Assembly: GCA_964398205.1 (NCBI GenBank)
Contig: CAYNLU010000003.1
Location: 215 to 64,214 of the forward strand
Origin: an uncultured Candidatus Saccharibacteria bacterium
GTDB lineage: Bacteria > Patescibacteriota > Minisyncoccia > Phycocordibacterales > UBA9973
Length of the DNA: 64,000 nucleotides
Direction of reading: 5' to 3'
A program made the translations under genes and the position numbers. The notes beneath the pieces are model-generated. The model was not told the origin of the DNA. It saw only the letters and a program-made list of their open reading frames with translations, and searched no databases. Positions within the stretch are counted from its first letter, which is position 1; every line of letters starts with the position of its first letter. Of this stretch, positions 1 to 12,051 are shown piece by piece.

Positions 1-4
1 CTTA

Positions 5-622
5 ATGAAGAAAAAGTTTTTCAAATTCAATAGAGGAATGACCTATGTTGAGCTTATCGTAGTCTTATCTATTTCTGGACTTATCGCTGGGGTTTCTTTG
101 TTTAATTATAAAGAGTTTCAGATTAAAGTAGATATGAAAAACCTCGCGAATGATATAGCGAGTAAAATAGTTGAAGCTCAAAAAAATTCTATTTCTGGAA
201 AATTACCTTTAATTTCTCAACCTTCAAATTGGAAGCCGTCTTATGGAATTTCTTTTAAAACTATCAATGCTTCGACTAATAGGAATTTTTACCTATTTAC
301 AGATTATATGAATGCAGGTACTCAAGATAAAAAAGTTTCTGCTTCTGATATTACTAATTGTCCTAGTGGAGAATGTACTCAAGTTGTAACTATTAATAAC
401 AATTATTATATTGAAAGCATTAAATCTTATACTTCTGGAAACGGTACAGCCTTGAATACTCCTTTGCACATAACCTTTACTCGTCCGAATTCAGGGGCTT
501 TGTTCTATAACGATACTGCTCAAATTATTACTGATTATATAGAAATCAAACTTTCCAGTTTAAATAATTCAACAAAAGTTTTAATTAAAATATATCCTTC
601 AGGTAGAGTAGAAATAATATAA
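5..622 (+). CDS. type IV pilin-like protein (prepilin N-terminal cleavage/methylation motif)
   Basis: RG|MTYVELIVVLSI class III signal with E+5; FimT/GspH-like C-terminus (IKIYPSGRVEI). Confidence 0.85.
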   Translation: MKKKFFKFNRGMTYVELIVVLSISGLIAGVSLFNYKEFQIKVDMKNLANDIASKIVEAQKNSISGKLPLISQPSNWKPSYGISFKTINASTNRNFYLFTDYMNAGTQDKKVSASDITNCPSGECTQVVTINNNYYIESIKSYTSGNGTALNTPLHITFTRPNSGALFYNDTAQIITDYIEIKLSSLNNSTKVLIKIYPSGRVEII

Positions 623-1266
623 TGAATAAAATTTTTTTAAAATTTAATAGAGGTTATACTATAATCGAGATGATGATTGCGATTTCGATTTTCCTTATTG
701 TTGTATCTATCGGTATGAACGGACTTTTGCAGTCTAATCTAGTTTTGAATAAATCTAGAGACATGCGAAATATCATGGATAATCTTTCTTTTATTATGGA
801 AGATATGTCTCGTAGTATTAGAACTGGGTATAAATATCGTTGTTATGACGTTGGTTTAGTTTGGAGCCCATCTTTTGCTCAAGATTCTAGTTTAGAAACT
901 CCGCGTAGTTGTACTTCTGGTCACGCTATCGCTTTCGAAGAAGCTACGACTGGTTCTAGTGGAGATTATACTGATCAATGGGTCTATAAATTTGATTACA
1001 ATAATCAAACTGGAGGATTTTCTATTTATAAATCCATCGACGGTGGATTAAATTTTTATCCTCTTAATGATCCTAAAATTATTTTGAATAATACTTCAGG
1101 TATTTCAGTTCTAGCTGCAGAGCCACAAAGTGCTGATCCTGTTAATGACGGACAACCTTTTGTAATTATTAAATTATCTGGTGAAGTTAACTATAAGGGG
1201 ATTAAGACTCCGTTTAATTTGCAAACCTCAGTTTCTCAAACTTTAATCGATATAACCCCACCTTAA
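622..1266 (+). CDS. type IV minor pilin (PilW/GspJ-like)
   Basis: RG|YTIIEMMIAISIF prepilin motif; overlaps the stop of the previous pilin. Confidence 0.85.
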   Translation: MNKIFLKFNRGYTIIEMMIAISIFLIVVSIGMNGLLQSNLVLNKSRDMRNIMDNLSFIMEDMSRSIRTGYKYRCYDVGLVWSPSFAQDSSLETPRSCTSGHAIAFEEATTGSSGDYTDQWVYKFDYNNQTGGFSIYKSIDGGLNFYPLNDPKIILNNTSGISVLAAEPQSADPVNDGQPFVIIKLSGEVNYKGIKTPFNLQTSVSQTLIDITPP

Positions 1267-1273
1267 TATATTT

Positions 1274-1864
1274 ATGATTTTTAAAAAAATACAATTTAAT
1301 AAAGGATTAACTTTGGTTGAAACCTTGGTAGCTATATCTATTTTTACTATTGCTCTCGTAGGTATGCTAAATATCACCGGAGGAAGTATTGCCGATACTA
1401 CTTACGCTAAAGATAAAATTACAGCAAACTATCTCGCTTCTGAAGGTGTCGAATATATTCGTAATTTACGTGATACTTATAATCTTTATGAGGCAAATGG
1501 TTGGCAAAACTTTTTAGATAAATTAGCTGTTTGTAAAGTTGAAAATAAAACTGGTTGCTATATTAATCCACAAAATATTAATTTTAGTAATCAAACTCAA
1601 CCGATGAAAGCTTTAGAAGTTTATGCTTGTGTTTCTGGTATTTGTCCTAATTTTTATTTTGAACCTAGTCTTGCAGTTTATAAATATAATTATACTTCTG
1701 GGAATAATACTTCTTTTAGTCGTAAAATTTTTATACAAGAAGTTCCAACTCAAAATATTCAAGACAGAGAAATTTTGATTACTTCAAGTGTTTCTTTTAC
1801 TACTGGTCGTAGATCAAATACTGTTACTTTTAAAACTTATTTAAAAAATTGGAATGAATTTTAA
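1274..1864 (+). CDS. type IV minor pilin (PilV-like)
   Basis: KG|LTLVETLVAISIF motif; A..LA.EGVEYIRN helix typical of PilV-like proteins. Confidence 0.85.
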   Translation: MIFKKIQFNKGLTLVETLVAISIFTIALVGMLNITGGSIADTTYAKDKITANYLASEGVEYIRNLRDTYNLYEANGWQNFLDKLAVCKVENKTGCYINPQNINFSNQTQPMKALEVYACVSGICPNFYFEPSLAVYKYNYTSGNNTSFSRKIFIQEVPTQNIQDREILITSSVSFTTGRRSNTVTFKTYLKNWNEF

Positions 1865-1865
1865 T

Positions 1866-2396
1866 ATGAAAATTTTTAATCTAAAAAAGAATAAAAAAGA
1901 TAAAGGTTTTGTAATACTTTTCGCTGTGATTTTAGTGAGTATTATTTTATCAGTATCTATCGGTTTATCAGATATAGTATACAAAGAATTAAGTTTCGGT
2001 ACTCAAGCTCACAATACCGGAGAAGCTTTTTTAGCTGCGGATACGGGAGCTGAATGCGCGTTGCTTTATGAATTTAAGGGTAGTTTTATAACTTCTAACA
2101 ACGCTAGTATTTATGGTTATCCTACTACTGATGATGAGCCTTTAAACGTAGAATGCGCGGGTAGTAATATATCTCTAAATCTAAACGAGAACGGTTTATA
2201 TTCTTCTACTGGGCCTTGGGTATTTTATTTACCTAATTTAGGCTCGACTGGTAAGGCTTGCGCTAAGGTGCAAGTGACTAAAACTGGAGGCTCGACAAAT
2301 ATAATTTCGAAAGGTTATAGTAAAGGAGGTGATACTACAAATTGTTATTCTGTAGATCCTAATACAGTAGAACGTGAAATCGAAATTAATTTATAA
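1866..2396 (+). CDS. PilX/GspK-like minor pilin
   Basis: KG|FVILFAVILV lacking E+5; AFLAADTGAECAL motif; ORF track start 1854, second ATG at 1866 avoids overlap. Confidence 0.75.
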   Translation: MKIFNLKKNKKDKGFVILFAVILVSIILSVSIGLSDIVYKELSFGTQAHNTGEAFLAADTGAECALLYEFKGSFITSNNASIYGYPTTDDEPLNVECAGSNISLNLNENGLYSSTGPWVFYLPNLGSTGKACAKVQVTKTGGSTNIISKGYSKGGDTTNCYSVDPNTVEREIEINL

Positions 2397-4451
<2,055 letters not shown>

Positions 4452-4466
4452 TGATATAATTCAATT

Positions 4467-5414
4467 ATGATTATTACAGATATATTTATTTTTATTTCCG
4501 CTTTGTTTTTCGTAGTAAAATCTTCTTCTTGGGCTACTAAATACGCAGAAAATTTGGCTAATGGTTTCAGAGTTTCAAAGTATACAATAGGTTTTTTAAT
4601 TGTCGCTTTAATTTCAATTTTACCAGAAACTATTATTTCTTTGATGGCGTCTTTAGAAGGGAACCCGTCTTTTGGGTTGGGTGTTTTGCTAGGTTCAAAT
4701 ACGACAGATTTGACTTTAATTATGGGTCTTTTGATTTTCTTAAATAAAAAATCCCTAAAAGTAGAGAGTAATATTTTAAAATCAACTATTGTATATCCTT
4801 TTATTCTTCTTATTCCAATTATTTTAGGGTTTGATGGCTATTACTCGAGGCCAGAAGGCTTTGTGCTTATCTTAGTAGGTTTATTCTTTTACTATTTTTT
4901 GATTAAAAAAAATAAAACAGTTGCTAGTGAAAATATAGAATATGATTTTGATCACAAAAAAAATCGTGTATTAAATTTTCTAATTTTATTAATCTCGATG
5001 ATAGTTTTGTTAATATCTTCGCATTTTACTTTAACTTCAGCTATCAATATAGCTAACTTTTTTCATATTAGTCCTGTTTTGATTGCTTTAGTTATAGTTG
5101 GTGTTGGAACAACTATGCCAGAATTTTTCTTTTCTTTAAATTCTTTAAGATTAAAAGATAACAGTATGGCTATCGGAGATATTTTAGGAACAGTTTTAGC
5201 GGATGCTACTATCGTGATAGGTATTTTGGCTTCTATGCTACCTTTTCATTTTCCTGTAAAAATTATTTATATTAGCGGGATGTTTATGTTTTTGTCGTCG
5301 GCTATTTTGTTTTATTTTATGAAAACTGGCAAGAAAATAAGTTTAAAAGAAGCTTATCTATTAATTTCTATCTGGTTCCTATTCGTTTTAACTGAGTTTT
5401 TATTTAATCTTTAA
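4467..5414 (+). CDS. sodium/calcium exchanger family antiporter (YrbG-like)
   Basis: Two alpha-repeats (SILPE..GSN; GTTMPE..GDILG); about 10 TM segments. Confidence 0.85.
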   Translation: MIITDIFIFISALFFVVKSSSWATKYAENLANGFRVSKYTIGFLIVALISILPETIISLMASLEGNPSFGLGVLLGSNTTDLTLIMGLLIFLNKKSLKVESNILKSTIVYPFILLIPIILGFDGYYSRPEGFVLILVGLFFYYFLIKKNKTVASENIEYDFDHKKNRVLNFLILLISMIVLLISSHFTLTSAINIANFFHISPVLIALVIVGVGTTMPEFFFSLNSLRLKDNSMAIGDILGTVLADATIVIGILASMLPFHFPVKIIYISGMFMFLSSAILFYFMKTGKKISLKEAYLLISIWFLFVLTEFLFNL

Positions 5415-5497
5415 GAGAAATAATAACTAAATTTTAAAGAAATATAAAAATCAAAATATTTTGTAAATTATTCTATTTTAGTATAGAGTATATTTAC

Positions 5498-5584
5498 GGA
5501 GAGTTCGCATAGCGGTCTAGTGCGCAGACCTGGAAAGTCTGTATGTCTTAACGGGCATCGAGGGTTCGAATCCCTCACTCTCCG
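5498..5584 (+). tRNA. tRNA-Ser(GGA)
   Basis: Acceptor GGAGAGT/ACTCTCC; anticodon arm CAGAC-CTGGAAA-GTCTG; long variable arm; T-arm GAGGG-TTCGAAT-CCCTC; CCA not encoded. Confidence 0.96.
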
Positions 5585-5609
5585 CAGGAAATCGTGTTAT
5601 AATATACCT

Positions 5610-5864
5610 ATGGAAAACCTTTTACAATCCGAAATATTTTTCTTTATTTCAAGCGTTTCTTTTATATTATTAACGATATTGCTTTCTGTTGCCGTAATTT
5701 ATATTATTTCGATTTTGCGAGATTTTAAATCAATATCTCGTAAGATTAAAAATGGAGCTGATTATGCAGGTGAGCATGTAGAAGAATTAGCAAAGAATTT
5801 AGAAGATAGTGCAATTTATAAATTTATTTTTGGTAAAAAAAGAAAATCCAAAACTAAAAAATAA
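5610..5864 (+). CDS. small single-TM membrane protein (DUF948-like)
   Basis: ATG 5610 sits 6 nt after TGTTATAAT; the ORF-track start at 5520 lies inside the tRNA; one TM followed by an amphipathic helix. Confidence 0.65.
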   Translation: MENLLQSEIFFFISSVSFILLTILLSVAVIYIISILRDFKSISRKIKNGADYAGEHVEELAKNLEDSAIYKFIFGKKRKSKTKK

Positions 5865-5884
5865 AATTATTATTAATTAATTTA

Positions 5885-5911
5885 TCCTCCGTCGCATAAA
5901 GCTATGAAGGA
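5885..5911. repeat. REP-like imperfect palindrome (tcctccgtcgcataaagctatgaagga)
   Basis: GC-rich imperfect hairpin in AT-rich DNA with no U-tract. Confidence 0.4.
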
Positions 5912-6272
5912 CAAGAATGTTATGAAAAAGAAAACAAATAAAACAGGCAGTTCAATTAAAAAAGGAGTAGCGTTAGGAGTAGTTGGAGCTTTAGCTTATG
6001 AATTCTTGGGTCCAGACGGTAAAAAGAATCAAAAGAAAGTTATGAAGCTTGGTAAAGAATTAAAGAAAGATGCTCTGGACGTATTCGAAGAAGTGAAGGA
6101 AACTTTAGAGCCTACTTATAAAAAAGTAATGAAAGAAGTTAAAAAGATAGATAAAAAAGATGTAAAGAAAAAAGTTAATGAAGTTAAGAAAGATATCAAA
6201 AAGGTTGCTAAGAAAGTAGAGACTAAGGTAAAGAAGATTATTAAAGATAAGAAGACTACTAAAAAGAAATAA
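5904..6272 (+). CDS. YtxH-like Lys-rich protein
   Basis: GVALGVVGALAYEFLGPDGKK then charged helical repeats; alternative start 5922. Confidence 0.55.
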   Translation: MKDKNVMKKKTNKTGSSIKKGVALGVVGALAYEFLGPDGKKNQKKVMKLGKELKKDALDVFEEVKETLEPTYKKVMKEVKKIDKKDVKKKVNEVKKDIKKVAKKVETKVKKIIKDKKTTKKK

Positions 6273-7021
6273 TGCCTAAGAACTTCTTTTTGATAAATAA
6301 AAAGGAAGGCGAAACCCCTCTAGAAGCTCTAGAGGTTTTTCGTAATAAAAATAAAATATCTAAAAATATACCTATGACTTATGCGGGGCGTTTAGATCCG
6401 ATGGCTTCTGGAGTACTTATACTTTTGGTTGGGGAAGAATGCAAGAATAAAGATAAATATTTAAATCTAGATAAAGAATATGAATTTCAAGTTCTTTTCG
6501 GTTTTGCTACGGACACTTATGATATTTTAGGTAAAGTTATCTCTACGAAGGGTAACCCTTCGGAAATTAATGATTTGGATAAATTAATTAAAAAGAATAT
6601 TAAAAACTTTAAAGGTAAAAGAATTCAAAAGTATCCGATATATTCTTCGAAGACAGTAGAAGGTAAACCTCTCTTTTCTTATGCGAGAGAGGGTAAAGAA
6701 ATAGAAATTCCAGAACGCGAAGTATATATTAAATCTTTAAATTATTTAGGTTTAAAGAAAATTTCTGCTAAAAGTCTTTTGAATAAAATAAATACAAGAG
6801 TAGGTAAGGTGAAAGGTGATTTTCGTCAAAAAGAAATACTTAAGCTTTGGGATAAAAATTTAAATTTAAATAATAGTTTCTATATTGCGGATTTTAAGGT
6901 GAAATGTACCTCGGGAACCTACGTACGTACGATTGCTAATGATTTAGGTGAGAATATAGGCATACCAGCTTTAGCTTATAGTATCAATAGGATAAAGGTT
7001 GGAAGATATGCTAAAATATAG
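6272..7021 (+). CDS. truB: tRNA pseudouridine(55) synthase TruB family (no PUA domain)
   Basis: YAGRLDPMASGVL catalytic Asp motif; CTSGTYVRTIANDLG. Confidence 0.88.
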   Translation: MPKNFFLINKKEGETPLEALEVFRNKNKISKNIPMTYAGRLDPMASGVLILLVGEECKNKDKYLNLDKEYEFQVLFGFATDTYDILGKVISTKGNPSEINDLDKLIKKNIKNFKGKRIQKYPIYSSKTVEGKPLFSYAREGKEIEIPEREVYIKSLNYLGLKKISAKSLLNKINTRVGKVKGDFRQKEILKLWDKNLNLNNSFYIADFKVKCTSGTYVRTIANDLGENIGIPALAYSINRIKVGRYAKI

Positions 7022-7024
7022 ATT

Positions 7025-7945
7025 ATGGAAATGCAAACGATATTGGGTATTGTATTCGGGGTTCTAGTTTTAGGCTTTTTGATAGCTGATTTAGGATTTT
7101 TTAATAAAAAGAGTCATAAAATTGGATTTAAACCAGCCTTATACCAATCAATCTTTTGGATTTTAGTATCTTTGATATTCGGAGGATTGATTTTCTTTTT
7201 TATAGATAAGAATACCGCAATCGAATATTTTAGTGCTTATGTCACCGAAAAGATGCTCTCAGTAGATAATCTTTTCGTGATAATGCTTATCTTTAATTAT
7301 TTTAAATTAGAGGAGAAATATCATCATCGAGTTTTATTTTGGGGAATTTTAGGGGCGATTATTTTTCGAGCTTTATTTATTTTAACCGGATCTTATATTA
7401 TAAATCAATTCCACTTTGTCCTTTATATTTTTGGAGCGATTTTATTATATACCGGTATAAAGTTATTGTGGGTTAAGAAAGAAGAGCATATTGATTTTAA
7501 GCATAGCGGAGTTATTAAATTCTTGCATAAAATTTTTCCTTTCACAGATAGTCATCATGGAGGTAAATTCTTTTTAAGGCAAAATGGAAAGTTTTTCTTT
7601 ACCTCTTTGTTTATGATAGTTGCCCTAGTTGAGATAACTGATATTATTTTTGCGGTTGATTCTATTCCCGCAGTATTCTCTATCTCTCAAAATCTTTTCG
7701 TAGTTTTTACTTCAAATATTTTTGCTATCCTCGGACTTCGAGCTTTATTCTTTCTACTCGAGCACGTACTGCATCGTTTTCATCATTTGCAAAAAGGCTT
7801 AGCGGTGATATTGATTTTTATTGGAATTAAGATGCTCATAGGTATTTTAGGTTTACATATTTCTTCTCTTATTTCTTTCGGAGTTATTATGTTTGCTTTA
7901 TTATTTTCAATAATGTTATCTTTTATTTTTCCTAAGAAAATTTAA
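7025..7945 (+). CDS. TerC/Alx family metal homeostasis membrane protein
   Basis: EKMLSVDNLFV, GILGAIIFR, DIIFAVDSIPA, SNIFAILGLRALFF motifs. Confidence 0.93.
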   Translation: MEMQTILGIVFGVLVLGFLIADLGFFNKKSHKIGFKPALYQSIFWILVSLIFGGLIFFFIDKNTAIEYFSAYVTEKMLSVDNLFVIMLIFNYFKLEEKYHHRVLFWGILGAIIFRALFILTGSYIINQFHFVLYIFGAILLYTGIKLLWVKKEEHIDFKHSGVIKFLHKIFPFTDSHHGGKFFLRQNGKFFFTSLFMIVALVEITDIIFAVDSIPAVFSISQNLFVVFTSNIFAILGLRALFFLLEHVLHRFHHLQKGLAVILIFIGIKMLIGILGLHISSLISFGVIMFALLFSIMLSFIFPKKI

Positions 7946-7947
7946 AT

Positions 7948-10941
7948 ATGTCTTTATTTGATGAACAATATAAAAATTTAAATAAACTTCAAAAAGAAGC
8001 CGTCGATACTATAGAAGGTCCGGTAATGGTAGTTGCGGGGCCGGGAACTGGGAAAACTCAAATCCTCGCTTTACGTATTGGGAATATTTTAAAGAATACC
8101 GATACGAATGCAGATTCTATACTTTGTCTAACTTTCACTCGTTCAGGAGTGCAAGCGATGAAAAACCGTCTTTTGCAATATATCGGAAATGAAGCAAATA
8201 AAGTAAAGGTTTCTACTTTTCACTCTTTTGCTATAGAAATAATCGAGAAATATTATACCTTTTTAGATTTTCCTCAAATGCCTAAGCTTATCGAAGAAGA
8301 CGAAGCAGTATTTTTAGTTGATGATATTTTAGAAAATTATTCTTGGGAATATTTGCGACCCCGTACTAATCCGCAAATGTATTTCAATGATCTTAAAAGT
8401 TTAATCTCTATTTTGAAAAGGGAACGTATCACCGTAGAAGAATTCGAGAATCAGATTCGGAAAGATATAGAATTTTTAGAAAATGATCCTGAATCTATCT
8501 CTACGAGAGGAGAGAGTAAAGGTAAGATTAAAAAAGAAATTGAGAAAAAAATAGAAAGCCTTTCTCGTACTTTAGAAGTTGTAGAATTTTATCGTGTTTA
8601 TGAAGAGCGGAAAAGAGAATTATTCCTTATAGATTATGATGACGTTTTAGAGTTTGCCCTATCTATAGTTTCAAATTCTGAAGATGCTAGAGCTACAATT
8701 TATGAAAATTATCAATACATATTAGTCGATGAGCATCAAGATTCAAGCGGAGTGCAAAATAGTTTTTTGAAAGCTGTTTGGGGAGAAGTCGAGAATCCTA
8801 ATATTTTTGTAGTGGGAGATGATAGGCAACTTATCTATGCTTTTTCTGGTGCAAATCTTTCTTATTTTGAAGAATTTGCAAATTATTTCGGTCGTGCGAA
8901 ACTTATCACTCTCGTTGAGAATTATCGTTCGACTTCTAAAATCCTTGACTTAGCTCATTCTCTATTAGAGAGTTCTATCTCAAAAGAAAAACTAAGGAGC
9001 AATAAAGAAATCGGTGACGACGTTACTTTGCGAGCTTATGAATATCCTAGAGATGAAATACTCGGAGCCGGGCTTTATTTCAAAAGCCTAATCGAGCAAG
9101 GCGAGAGTTTAAACGAGATGGCGATTTTAGTACCGAAGAATTATCAAGTTAGGATGGCGAATTCGATATTAAGGAATTTAAATTTACCAGTTTTAGATCA
9201 AAGTAATCTTTCACTTTTTTCACTAAATAAAACTGATTCTTTCCTTAGAATTTTAAAAATTATCGATAATCCTTTTGACTCTGTATCTATCTCTTATTCA
9301 CTTTTAGATAAATATTCCGGTATAGATAAACTCGAAGCTCACCGTTATTTAGAAGAGAAGAAAAGAGAGGATTTGAGTTTGGATAATTTACTTGAAAATC
9401 AAGGCACCGGTTTATTTGTAAACGAAAACAATATTTTTAAATGGGGTAAATTATTGAAATCGCTTTTAGATAAAAAAGACGAAAAGCTTTCTTTCTTGGT
9501 TAGTGAAATTGGAAATATTATATATATTAATAATTCGGAAGATAATTCGGATTTATTAGAAAACGTAGAATTTGTTAGAACTTTTATTCATCTAGCTATG
9601 ATGTTCGAAACTAAAAATCTAAATCCAACTATTGGTGAATTTTTGAATTATATAGAAAGACTTAAAATTTATGGTAATCATATCGACGTAGCAACTTTAG
9701 GTAAAAATAAAGGTATCGAAGTTATGACCTTGCATAAATCTAAAGGTTTAGAATATAAATACGTTTGGATCGCGCATATGAATGAAGAAACCCTGATGTC
9801 CGAGAAGAGGAGCGCTTTTACTCTACCCGAGTACGTCAAAGATCGTTTAGCAAAACGTAGCCAAGAAGACGCGAAGAGAGAGTTGTACGTAGCGATTACT
9901 CGAGCTCGAGAATATTGTACTTTATCTTACGCTAATCTTAATTATACAGGTAGTGAATTAAGTCTCGCTTCGATTATAGAAGAATTACCAGATATGCATT
10001 TTATTAAAAAATCTCAAGAAGAAAATGAGCGTGAATTATTAGAAAATTCTATCAACGGTCCTAAAATATTTACTGGAAGCTTTATAGAGGAAGCAAAAGA
10101 GAAAGGTGAATCCGAGATTTTAAATGAGATTAATAATTTTGTGAAAGAAAATTATAAAGACACTAAGGTTTCAGTCTCTTTACTAAATAATTTCTTCGAA
10201 TGTCCTTTCAAATGGTATTTTAGAAATTTCTTGAAATTGCCTGAAGTTAAAAGCGTATCTCTCGCTCTAGGTAGTACCGTTCATAATACTATTGAATTTA
10301 TTTTGAAGAATAAAAATAATTTCGACGCTGAAAGTCTAAAAGTTTTTATAGATAAATCTCTACGAAAAGAGGGAGTGAGTGATACTCGAGAACTCGCACG
10401 TTTGAGTAAAGATGCAAATTCTATAATAGAAGATTTCTTGAAAGATTTTTATAAAACTATATCTGTCGATTTTTCTTCTGAGCGATCTGTATCTTTATCT
10501 GATAAAGAACTCGGTATTAATATTTATGGTAAACTTGATCTTACTGAAAATACCGAAGACGGAAGGATAATAATTACGGATTTTAAAACAGGTAAACCGA
10601 AAACTAAAACTGAAATCGAGAAGATAGATGAAGAAGGACGCATGTCTCCTTATATGCGTCAACTCGCTATGTATTCTTATTTAGTTTCCGAATCTCAAAA
10701 AGGAGGAGTAGATATTTCGAGATTGCTTTTCCTTGAAGCTGAGATTAATGATAAAAATAAAATTTATCAAAGTCATATCGATAATGAAAAGATAGATTTA
10801 TTGCGTAGAGATATCAAGGATTACGTAGAAGCTTTAGAGGGTGGAGATTGGATGGAAAGGGAATGCAAATTCAAATCTTTCGGAGGCAAAAACGAACCTT
10901 GCCCTCACTGCACTTTAGCTAAAAATATATTTTTGAAATAA
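7948..10941 (+). CDS. UvrD/PcrA-family ATP-dependent helicase fused to a PD-(D/E)XK nuclease
   Basis: AGPGTGKT, LVDEHQD, VGDDRQLIY, ENYRS, MTLHKSKGLE, LYVAITRA; C-terminal GKLD..ITDFKTG..QLAMY with Cys cluster. Confidence 0.92.
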   Translation: MSLFDEQYKNLNKLQKEAVDTIEGPVMVVAGPGTGKTQILALRIGNILKNTDTNADSILCLTFTRSGVQAMKNRLLQYIGNEANKVKVSTFHSFAIEIIEKYYTFLDFPQMPKLIEEDEAVFLVDDILENYSWEYLRPRTNPQMYFNDLKSLISILKRERITVEEFENQIRKDIEFLENDPESISTRGESKGKIKKEIEKKIESLSRTLEVVEFYRVYEERKRELFLIDYDDVLEFALSIVSNSEDARATIYENYQYILVDEHQDSSGVQNSFLKAVWGEVENPNIFVVGDDRQLIYAFSGANLSYFEEFANYFGRAKLITLVENYRSTSKILDLAHSLLESSISKEKLRSNKEIGDDVTLRAYEYPRDEILGAGLYFKSLIEQGESLNEMAILVPKNYQVRMANSILRNLNLPVLDQSNLSLFSLNKTDSFLRILKIIDNPFDSVSISYSLLDKYSGIDKLEAHRYLEEKKREDLSLDNLLENQGTGLFVNENNIFKWGKLLKSLLDKKDEKLSFLVSEIGNIIYINNSEDNSDLLENVEFVRTFIHLAMMFETKNLNPTIGEFLNYIERLKIYGNHIDVATLGKNKGIEVMTLHKSKGLEYKYVWIAHMNEETLMSEKRSAFTLPEYVKDRLAKRSQEDAKRELYVAITRAREYCTLSYANLNYTGSELSLASIIEELPDMHFIKKSQEENERELLENSINGPKIFTGSFIEEAKEKGESEILNEINNFVKENYKDTKVSVSLLNNFFECPFKWYFRNFLKLPEVKSVSLALGSTVHNTIEFILKNKNNFDAESLKVFIDKSLRKEGVSDTRELARLSKDANSIIEDFLKDFYKTISVDFSSERSVSLSDKELGINIYGKLDLTENTEDGRIIITDFKTGKPKTKTEIEKIDEEGRMSPYMRQLAMYSYLVSESQKGGVDISRLLFLEAEINDKNKIYQSHIDNEKIDLLRRDIKDYVEALEGGDWMERECKFKSFGGKNEPCPHCTLAKNIFLK

Positions 10942-10982
10942 TTTGCAAATCACTTATTTTGTAGTATATTTTATATATTAAT

Positions 10983-12017
10983 ATGCATAAGAAAGTAAAT
11001 ACAAAATCTAAAGAAGAACTTATAAAAGATATAGAAAATGAGAATTTTCGACGTAAAACTATATCTTTTTATAAATACGTGAAAATCGAGAATCCGAAAG
11101 AGATGCGGGATTTTTTATTTGATAAATTTGAAAGTTTAAATTGTCTCGGGAGAATTTATATTGCGAGTGAAGGTATAAATGCTCAGATGAACGTTCCGGA
11201 GCATAATTGGGAAGCATTTGATAACTTTATTCAAAATACTAAAGAATTTGCCGGTGTGCCTTATAAGGTAGCGGTAGAAGAAAAAGGTAAATCTAGTTTC
11301 TTGAAATTGATAGTGAAAGTTCGCCCTAAGATTGTTGCCGACGGACTTGATGACTCTACTTTTGATCCTTCCAATACCGGAGCATACGCTACTGCGGAAG
11401 AGGTAAATAATATGATAGATAGAGGAGTGACAGTTATCGATATGCGTAATATTTACGAAGCTGCTATCGGGCATTTTGAAAATGCCAAACTTATGAACGT
11501 AGATACTTTTCGTGAGCAATTAAAAAAGGTTACCGATATGTTCAAAGATAAAAAAGATGAAGAAGTTTTACTTTATTGTACTGGGGGAATTCGTTGTGAG
11601 AAAGCTTCAGCTTGGATGAAGCATAACGGTTTTCAAAACGTAAAGCATATCAAAGGAGGAATTATAGATTACGCTCATCAAGTCAAAGAGAAAGGTTTAC
11701 AAAATAAATTTAAAGGTAAGAATTTCGTTTTCGATGAACGTATGGGAGAGAAGATAGGGGACGAGATTATCTCAGATTGCCAGGTTTGCGAGAAAGTAAA
11801 ATGCGACGATTATATGCATTGCAAGAATACTTCTTGTCACGTTTTGTTTATTTGTTGTGAGAATTGTAAAACTAAATTAGCTGGATATTGTAGCAAGATT
11901 TGTCATATTTGCGATAAATTCCCTAAAAAAGTAAATCAGTTCATAGTAGGTAAAAATAGACAAAGTCACAAAAATCAATTCAAAAAGAATTACAAAAGAA
12001 TTAAAACCCTAAACTAA
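10983..12017 (+). CDS. trhO: rhodanese-domain tRNA uridine(34) hydroxylase (TrhO/YceA family)
   Basis: GRIYIASEGINAQ, IDMRNIYE..IGHF, YCTGGIRCEKA, GKNFVFDER, Cys-rich tail. Confidence 0.9.
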   Translation: MHKKVNTKSKEELIKDIENENFRRKTISFYKYVKIENPKEMRDFLFDKFESLNCLGRIYIASEGINAQMNVPEHNWEAFDNFIQNTKEFAGVPYKVAVEEKGKSSFLKLIVKVRPKIVADGLDDSTFDPSNTGAYATAEEVNNMIDRGVTVIDMRNIYEAAIGHFENAKLMNVDTFREQLKKVTDMFKDKKDEEVLLYCTGGIRCEKASAWMKHNGFQNVKHIKGGIIDYAHQVKEKGLQNKFKGKNFVFDERMGEKIGDEIISDCQVCEKVKCDDYMHCKNTSCHVLFICCENCKTKLAGYCSKICHICDKFPKKVNQFIVGKNRQSHKNQFKKNYKRIKTLN

Positions 12018-12048
12018 AAAATCTCTTTAATAAGAGATTTTTTAGTTT
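12011..12048. terminator. bidirectional intrinsic terminator between trhO and PheRS
   Basis: aaactaaaaaatctct-ttaata-agagattttttagttt inverted repeat between convergent genes. Confidence 0.8.
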
Positions 12049-12051
12049 GTA

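Noticed and set aside
5520-5609. N-terminal extension of the 114-aa ORF in the track
   Set aside because: It overlaps tRNA-Ser; the likely start is ATG 5610 after a -10 box
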